A program made the position numbers and the translations under genes. The notes under the pieces are model-generated. The model saw only the letters and a list, made by a program, of their open reading frames with translations. It searched no databases and had not been told where the DNA came from. This document shows positions 15,909-20,732 of a DNA stretch of 20,732 nt, piece after piece. This DNA comes from Myxococcales bacterium (GTDB lineage Bacteria; Myxococcota_A; UBA9042), in contig JBBISH010000114.1 of the NCBI GenBank assembly GCA_037441385.1, positions 1 through 20,732 on the forward strand. The letters run 5' to 3'. How positions within the stretch are numbered: the stretch's first letter is position 1; each line of letters opens with the position of its first letter.

Positions 15909-16697
15909 ATGAACCCAACCTTGATCCTTGGCTGCGCCGCTGTCTTGGCCCTCAGCGCGTGTGGCAGCTCCACCAGTAGCAACGCCACCACCCCCGATAG
16001 CACCAGTGGCGACAGCAGCTTGAGCGACGCCGCCGCCGACGCCAGCGGCCAAGACACCGGCAGCGCCGACGCCAAACAAGATGCCCTGCCCGACAGCGCC
16101 AGCGACGGCAGCTCTGCAGATACCACCCCAGCGGATACCGCCACCGGCGACACGGCAGTGGCCGACAGCACCCAAGCGGACACCAGCGACACGGCCGCCG
16201 TAGACACCAGCACCGACGTGGCCAGCGACAGTGCTGCGGACGCCACCGACGCCAGCCTGCCCGAGGGCGCATGCACGGACGAACAACCTTGCACTAAGCC
16301 CAGTTGGGCGTCGTGCGCCCCGGCCGGCAGCTTCATGGGCTGCGGCATCTGCCAAAAGGAAGTGCCGGGCTGCAGCAGCGACGCCGAGTGCGCGAGCACC
16401 GCCAACGGCATCTGCATTGCGTCGCCGAACGACTGCCTGTGCGAACCGCACCCAGTCTGCCACGCCGGCTGCGCCGCCAACAGCGAGTGCGGCGAAGGCC
16501 AGGTGTGTGCCAGCGACCACCACTGCGTCAGCAAGACCTGCGCCGCCAAGGCCGACTGCCCGTCGATGTTCGACTGTGGCAGCGACGGCAAATGCGCACG
16601 TCGACTCTGCAAGGCCAGCGGCGAGTGCGGCGGCGGCTTCTGCGTGACCGGCCTGTGCTGGGTCAAGCCGGGCGAGTGCCAGTTGCCGGTACCGTAG
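15909..16697 (+). CDS. cysteine-rich repeat lipoprotein with Asp/Ser/Thr/Ala linker
   Basis: Lipobox LSAC, about 100-aa acidic linker, then 24 Cys in C-x5-C-x4/5-C-x4/5-C style repeats; RBS GAGG. Confidence 0.85.
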   Translation: MNPTLILGCAAVLALSACGSSTSSNATTPDSTSGDSSLSDAAADASGQDTGSADAKQDALPDSASDGSSADTTPADTATGDTAVADSTQADTSDTAAVDTSTDVASDSAADATDASLPEGACTDEQPCTKPSWASCAPAGSFMGCGICQKEVPGCSSDAECASTANGICIASPNDCLCEPHPVCHAGCAANSECGEGQVCASDHHCVSKTCAAKADCPSMFDCGSDGKCARRLCKASGECGGGFCVTGLCWVKPGECQLPVP

Positions 16698-16781
16698 ACC
16701 GCTCGCTAAGCGAAGTGCCGGCCGCCGCGGCCCGCGGGTCGGCCGTGACAAGACCGTGGCAAATGGCAACCGCGGGCAGGC

Positions 16782-16809
16782 TTGCCCGGCGTCGTCGGCC
16801 GTCTAGCAT
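16782..16809 (+). promoter_or_regulatory. candidate promoter for the precursor/radical SAM pair
   Basis: TTGCCC-16-TAGCAT, 37 nt before ATG 16847. Confidence 0.4.
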
Positions 16810-16846
16810 GGGTCGACCGCGTGCTACTCACGCACGGAGACCTGCG

Positions 16847-17290
16847 ATGGCAGAGACTTCGACTCCTCGCCGCTCGGTGTTGCTGCGCGGCGCATCGGTG
16901 CTGGCCGGCAGTTGGCTGGCCGTCCGGACCGGCGCCGTCTTGGGCCTGGGCGCCCTGATCGATGCCTGTGGCGCTCCGGAGCGCGCCAACAAGTATGGCG
17001 GCCCGCCCATGGAGCCCGAGCCGGCCAAGTACGGTGGGCCGGTCCAGCCAGAGGGGCCGCAGGAATCCCCAGGCGGTGGCGAGAAATACGGTGGTCCTCC
17101 AGGGGGCCCGGCCGAAGCCGACGCGCCCAAGCCGGAAGAGATGGCCAAGAAGCGGCCGCCCAGGCCTGCCAAGTACGGCGGGCCGCCGCCCAAACCGGCC
17201 CCGCCCAGGCCAGATCCGCCCAAGCCCAAGTACGGTGGACCGCCGCAAGCCGACAAGTATGGTGGTCCGCCCAGCCGGGATGATTTGTAG
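16847..17290 (+). CDS. putative radical-SAM-modified precursor: Tat-type lipoprotein with six KYGGP repeats
   Basis: RBS GGAGA; 147 aa; PRRSVLL twin-arginine-like motif, hydrophobic stretch, LIDAC41G lipobox-like site; KYGGP at K49, K61, K80, K109, K128, K137; stop overlaps the next start (TAGTG). Confidence 0.85.
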   Translation: MAETSTPRRSVLLRGASVLAGSWLAVRTGAVLGLGALIDACGAPERANKYGGPPMEPEPAKYGGPVQPEGPQESPGGGEKYGGPPGGPAEADAPKPEEMAKKRPPRPAKYGGPPPKPAPPRPDPPKPKYGGPPQADKYGGPPSRDDL

Positions 17291-18426
17291 TGGCGGCGCT
17301 TGACGTTCTCCACCACGATCCGCGCCGGTTCCGCGTGCGCAACTTTGCGCAATTGTTGCGCGCCCGCAAGGACGCCCAGGTCCGCCGCGACACGGCCGCG
17401 CAGCCAGACATGACCTATCTGTTCTGGGAATGCACGCGCCGCTGCAACTTGCGCTGTGCCCATTGCGGCTCGTCGTGCGAGGGGCGCTCGCCGGGCCAAG
17501 AGCTGACCACCCAAGAGGTGTGCGACGCGCTGGACACCATTGCCCAGGACTTTGACGCGTCGCGTATTTTCGTGTCGATCACCGGCGGCGAGCCCTTGGT
17601 GCGCAAGGACTTGTACCAAGTGGTGCGGCACATGACCACCTTGGGCATGCGCACCTGCATCGTGAGCAACGGCACCCTGCTGGGCGCCGAGCAGGCCAAG
17701 GCGCTGTACGAAGCCGGCATGCGCACGGCCAGCATCAGCATCGACGGCGATCGCGGCAGCCACGAGGCGGTGCGCGGCGCCGACACCTGGCACAAGTCCG
17801 TGCAGGCCCTGCGCCATGCCCGCGAAGCTGGCTTTGACACGGTTGAAGCGATCACCTGCGTGCGACCCGCCAACCTAGAGGAATTGCCCAGCCTGGAGGC
17901 GGTGTTCCAAGAGGCCGGCGCGAATCTGTGGCGGCTCATCACCATCGACAAGATGGGCCGGGCCAAAGACGCTGACGCCGAGATTTGGCTGAATCCACCG
18001 CAGATTCGCCGGTTGTTGCAGTTCGTGGCCGATCGCCGGGCCCAGCGACGCCCCGGCGACCTGGGGATCAGCTTCTCGTGCGGCGGGTTCCTGGGCCTGG
18101 AGGTCGAGACGGCCGTGCGCCAGCGCCACAACCAATGCGGGGCCGGGTTGACCGCGGCCTCGATCTTGCACGACGGCAGGGTAAGCGCCTGCCCATCGCT
18201 GCCCGACAGCTGGGCCCAGGGCAGCATCCGCGAGCGCCGATTCTCGGAAATCTGGCGCGATCGCTTCGAGCAGCACCGCAGCTTTGAATGGCGCCGCGCG
18301 GGCGCCTGCGCGGACTGCGATTGGTTTGGAGCGTGCCTGGGCGGCGGCCTGCACGAGCGCCTGGTCCAGCCTGACGATCATTGCTGGCTCGAACGCATCG
18401 GCTGCGGCGTGAACGGCGGCGCATAG
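17290..18426 (+). CDS. radical SAM/SPASM peptide maturase, resembles the rSAM/lipoprotein-system (TIGR04133-like) splicease clade
   Basis: LFWECTRRCNLRCAHCGS (CxxxCxxC), ITGGEPL, SISIDG, MGRA, SCGGFLG, SPASM CGAG...DGRVSACP...CADCDWFGACLGG. Confidence 0.9.
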   Translation: MAALDVLHHDPRRFRVRNFAQLLRARKDAQVRRDTAAQPDMTYLFWECTRRCNLRCAHCGSSCEGRSPGQELTTQEVCDALDTIAQDFDASRIFVSITGGEPLVRKDLYQVVRHMTTLGMRTCIVSNGTLLGAEQAKALYEAGMRTASISIDGDRGSHEAVRGADTWHKSVQALRHAREAGFDTVEAITCVRPANLEELPSLEAVFQEAGANLWRLITIDKMGRAKDADAEIWLNPPQIRRLLQFVADRRAQRRPGDLGISFSCGGFLGLEVETAVRQRHNQCGAGLTAASILHDGRVSACPSLPDSWAQGSIRERRFSEIWRDRFEQHRSFEWRRAGACADCDWFGACLGGGLHERLVQPDDHCWLERIGCGVNGGA

Positions 18427-18481
18427 CGGCACGGCTGCCGCGACATTTGCTGAATATTCCCGAATTTACCTTGTGGCCGGT

Positions 18482-18510
18482 TTGACCCAGGCGCCGCCGA
18501 CTGGCAGCCT
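18482..18510 (+). promoter_or_regulatory. candidate sigma70 promoter
   Basis: TTGACC-17-CAGCCT with TG extension; AT-rich tract at 18444-18470. Confidence 0.45.
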
Positions 18511-18581
18511 TGGGGATCGCGTCCCACTGCCCGGCCCAGCGACCCCGAACTTGGCAGGCACGACCGAGAGTGAGGCAAGAG

Positions 18582-20144
18582 ATGGCGGCAACGGTAGGTC
18601 AACTTGGGCAAATCGCCCGCGCGCCGGCAACCTGGAGTAGGGAGCGGGCCGAGCGGGCTCTGCAGTTGCTGGCGTTGCAGCAGCGCCTTGGCGAGCAACC
18701 CGGCCTGGCGGCGATGCTGGCCCTGCTGGCTGGGGCCTTGGAAGCCCTGCTTCCCGTACGCGATCGCGCCTCGCTGGCGCTGACGGACCAAGACGGTCAG
18801 TCGCTGCGCGTGTATCGACTGCTGCCGGCGCTGGGCGAGTTGCCCGACGAACTGCCGCGGGTCCGCGGCGAAGGCACGGTGGTGGGCGCGGTGGCGCGCG
18901 ACGGCCGGGCGCGGGTCGTGGCCGACGTGCGCAGCGACGATCAGTTGCGATTCGGCCGGGCGTCGCACGACGGGGTCCGCTCGACGGTGTCGGTGCCCGT
19001 GCGCGTCGCCGGTCAGGTGGTGGGTGTGCTCAATGCGGGTTCCAAGACGATTGGCGCCTGCACAGAGGCGATGATCGACGAACTTGCCGAGATTGCTACG
19101 GTCATCGGCCCGGCCCTGTACGCCGCCGAGCGCGCGCTGCATGTGGGCGACGCGGTGGCGGTGCCAGGTCCCATGGCCCCGCTGGCGGCGGAGCTGGTGG
19201 CCGAAAGTCCGGCGATGCGGACGCTGCTGGCCCAGGCGCGGCGGGCCGCGGGCAGCGACGCCACCGTGCTGCTCACCGGCGAGACAGGGGTGGGCAAGTC
19301 GATGCTGGCCAAGGCGATTCACGGCTGGAGCCCGCGCGGAAGTGGGCCCTTTGCGGCGGTCCACGTGGCGGATCTGCCGGCGACGCTGGTGGAGTCGGAG
19401 CTGTTCGGCCACGAGCGCGGCGCCTTTACCGGGGCGACGCAGCGGCGGCTGGGCCGGTTCGAAGTCGCGCGCGGCGGCACGCTGTTCTTGGACGAGATTG
19501 GCGAGGCCCCGCTGCCGGTGCAGTCCAAGCTGCTGCGGGTCACCCAAGACGGTCACTTTGAGCGCGTGGGCGGCAGCGCGACCCTCCACACCGACGCGCG
19601 GTTGATTGCGGCCACGCATCGCGACCTGCACCAAGCGGCCGAGGCGGGTCTGTTCCGCCGCGACCTGCTGTATCGCCTGGAGATCGTGGCACTGCAGGTG
19701 CCGCCCCTGCGCGATCGGCCAGAGGATTTGCTGCCGTTGGCCAGGACGATTCTGCAGCGCTTGGGCCGCCAACATGGACGCAATCTGCGCCTGGCGCCGC
19801 AAGCCGAGGTGCGCCTGCGCGGTCACAGCTGGCCCGGCAACATCCGCGAGTTGGAAGCGGTGTTGACCCGCGCGGCCCTTCTGGAAGAAACCGCAGAATT
19901 GCAGATCAATTCCCTGAGGGGCCATGCCGCGGCACCCACGCAGGCGGCTCGCTACGACTGGCCGACGCGCGACGAGCACGAGCGACGCTACTTGCTGCAG
20001 GTGTTGGCTCACACCGAGGGCCGCATCGAAGGACCGCGCGGGGCCGCGAAATTGCTAGGGATGATGCCCTCGACACTGCGCAGTCGCTGCCAGCGCCTGG
20101 GCGTGTCGCTGCCAAGCGCGCGCCAGGCCAAGGGGACGCCATGA
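18582..20144 (+). CDS. sigma54-dependent enhancer-binding protein, GAF-AAA+-HTH (FhlA/NifA-like)
   Basis: GAF domain, [39 protein letters not shown], FhlA-type [13 protein letters not shown]. Confidence 0.93.
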   Translation: MAATVGQLGQIARAPATWSRERAERALQLLALQQRLGEQPGLAAMLALLAGALEALLPVRDRASLALTDQDGQSLRVYRLLPALGELPDELPRVRGEGTVVGAVARDGRARVVADVRSDDQLRFGRASHDGVRSTVSVPVRVAGQVVGVLNAGSKTIGACTEAMIDELAEIATVIGPALYAAERALHVGDAVAVPGPMAPLAAELVAESPAMRTLLAQARRAAGSDATVLLTGETGVGKSMLAKAIHGWSPRGSGPFAAVHVADLPATLVESELFGHERGAFTGATQRRLGRFEVARGGTLFLDEIGEAPLPVQSKLLRVTQDGHFERVGGSATLHTDARLIAATHRDLHQAAEAGLFRRDLLYRLEIVALQVPPLRDRPEDLLPLARTILQRLGRQHGRNLRLAPQAEVRLRGHSWPGNIRELEAVLTRAALLEETAELQINSLRGHAAAPTQAARYDWPTRDEHERRYLLQVLAHTEGRIEGPRGAAKLLGMMPSTLRSRCQRLGVSLPSARQAKGTP

Positions 20145-20732
20145 ACCGCCCGCGATCGCCGCATTTTTCCGCCGGCAAGCTCCTCTTGGCGGTCGCGGTG
20201 GCGGCCTTGACGGCGGCTGCAGGCTGCGAAGCGGGTGCACCGACCCGAGATCACTCGACTGTGCCCGCAGAAGGGGTGTGGTCGGTCGCCCGAGCCGAGA
20301 GCCAGGGCGCCTTGGCCAGCGTTTGGGGCAGTGGCCCCAGCGACGTATGGGCCGCCGGTGGCCGCGTGGGCCGCGGGCTCATCCTGCACAGCGACGGCAA
20401 GACGTGGAGCGAAGTGCCGACGAACCTGCCGGGCTTTGTCTGGTGGATCTATGGGAGCGGCGCCCACGACGTGTTCGCGGTCGGCGAGGCGGGCCTGATC
20501 TGGCACTACGACGGCGCGACCTGGAGTTCCGTGCCCTCTGGCACCACCAAGACGCTGTACGGGCTGTGGGCGGCGGGGCCCAACGACGTTTGGGCGGTGG
20601 GCGGCGACCCCGAGGGCCTGCCCGGCGACGCGGTGCTGCTGCGCGGCAATGCCAAGGGCTTTCAACCCGTTGCCGTACCTAGCGCGTTGCTGCCGGCGGC
20701 GCTGTTCAAGATCTATGGCTCGCCAGCGGGCG
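20141..20732 (+). CDS. beta-propeller repeat lipoprotein (partial, runs off the window; absent from the ORF track)
   Basis: ATGA overlap with the upstream stop; lipobox AAGC; repeats VWGSGPSDVWAAG..ILHSDGKTW / IYGSGAHDVFAVG..IWHYDGATW / LWAAGPNDVWAVG. Confidence 0.85.
   Translation, partial: MNRPRSPHFSAGKLLLAVAVAALTAAAGCEAGAPTRDHSTVPAEGVWSVARAESQGALASVWGSGPSDVWAAGGRVGRGLILHSDGKTWSEVPTNLPGFVWWIYGSGAHDVFAVGEAGLIWHYDGATWSSVPSGTTKTLYGLWAAGPNDVWAVGGDPEGLPGDAVLLRGNAKGFQPVAVPSALLPAALFKIYGSPAG

Noticed and set aside
15909..16697. Cys-rich lipoprotein as the radical SAM substrate (ranthi/sactipeptide-like)
   Set aside because: It looks like a Sec-exported disulfide-bonded repeat protein with its own promoter and no YG motifs; the coupled KYGGP ORF is the better candidate.
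16991..17272. Repeat-spacer pattern as a possible CRISPR array
   Set aside because: The repeats vary at third codon positions, the spacers are very unequal and in frame, and no cas genes are present; it is a protein repeat.
17290..18426. Calling the enzyme pqqE, nirJ/ahbD or mftC
   Set aside because: None of the partner genes of those pathways is adjacent; the motif details and the coupled YG-repeat ORF fit a peptide maturase better.
18427..18441. Possible sigma54 -24/-12 site CGGCACGGCTGCCGC
   Set aside because: GG-N10-GC spacing fits but the conserved TT before GC is missing; likely chance in GC-rich DNA.

Overview
High-GC bacterial DNA, probably Myxococcota or deltaproteobacteria-like (inferred from an AgmX/GltJ-like protein, Cys-rich lipoproteins and Geobacter/Anaeromyxobacter-type multiheme cytochromes). 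The left end holds tandem sigma70 promoters and a boxA on the minus strand, which points to an rRNA operon just outside the window. Next come a secreted EEP-family hydrolase, a triheme + 10-heme cytochrome c + redoxin-like/TPR operon, and a zinc-ribbon/AgmX-like membrane protein. A PstS-like binding protein + HisKA_3 kinase + NarL-type regulator + outer-membrane beta-barrel module follows, with candidate palindromic operators. After it lie dbpA, arfB, an amidohydrolase lipoprotein, a frameshifted DTW gene, a P-loop kinase and a Cys-rich lipoprotein. The window ends with a GAF-sigma54 activator and a partial beta-propeller lipoprotein. The standout is a two-gene unit at 16847-18426: a Tat/lipoprotein-signal precursor with six synonymously diverged KYGGP repeats, translationally coupled to a radical SAM/SPASM enzyme resembling YG-targeting spliceases. 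This is a candidate multivalent, membrane-anchored RiPP-like system. All family assignments come from motif recognition, not database searches.
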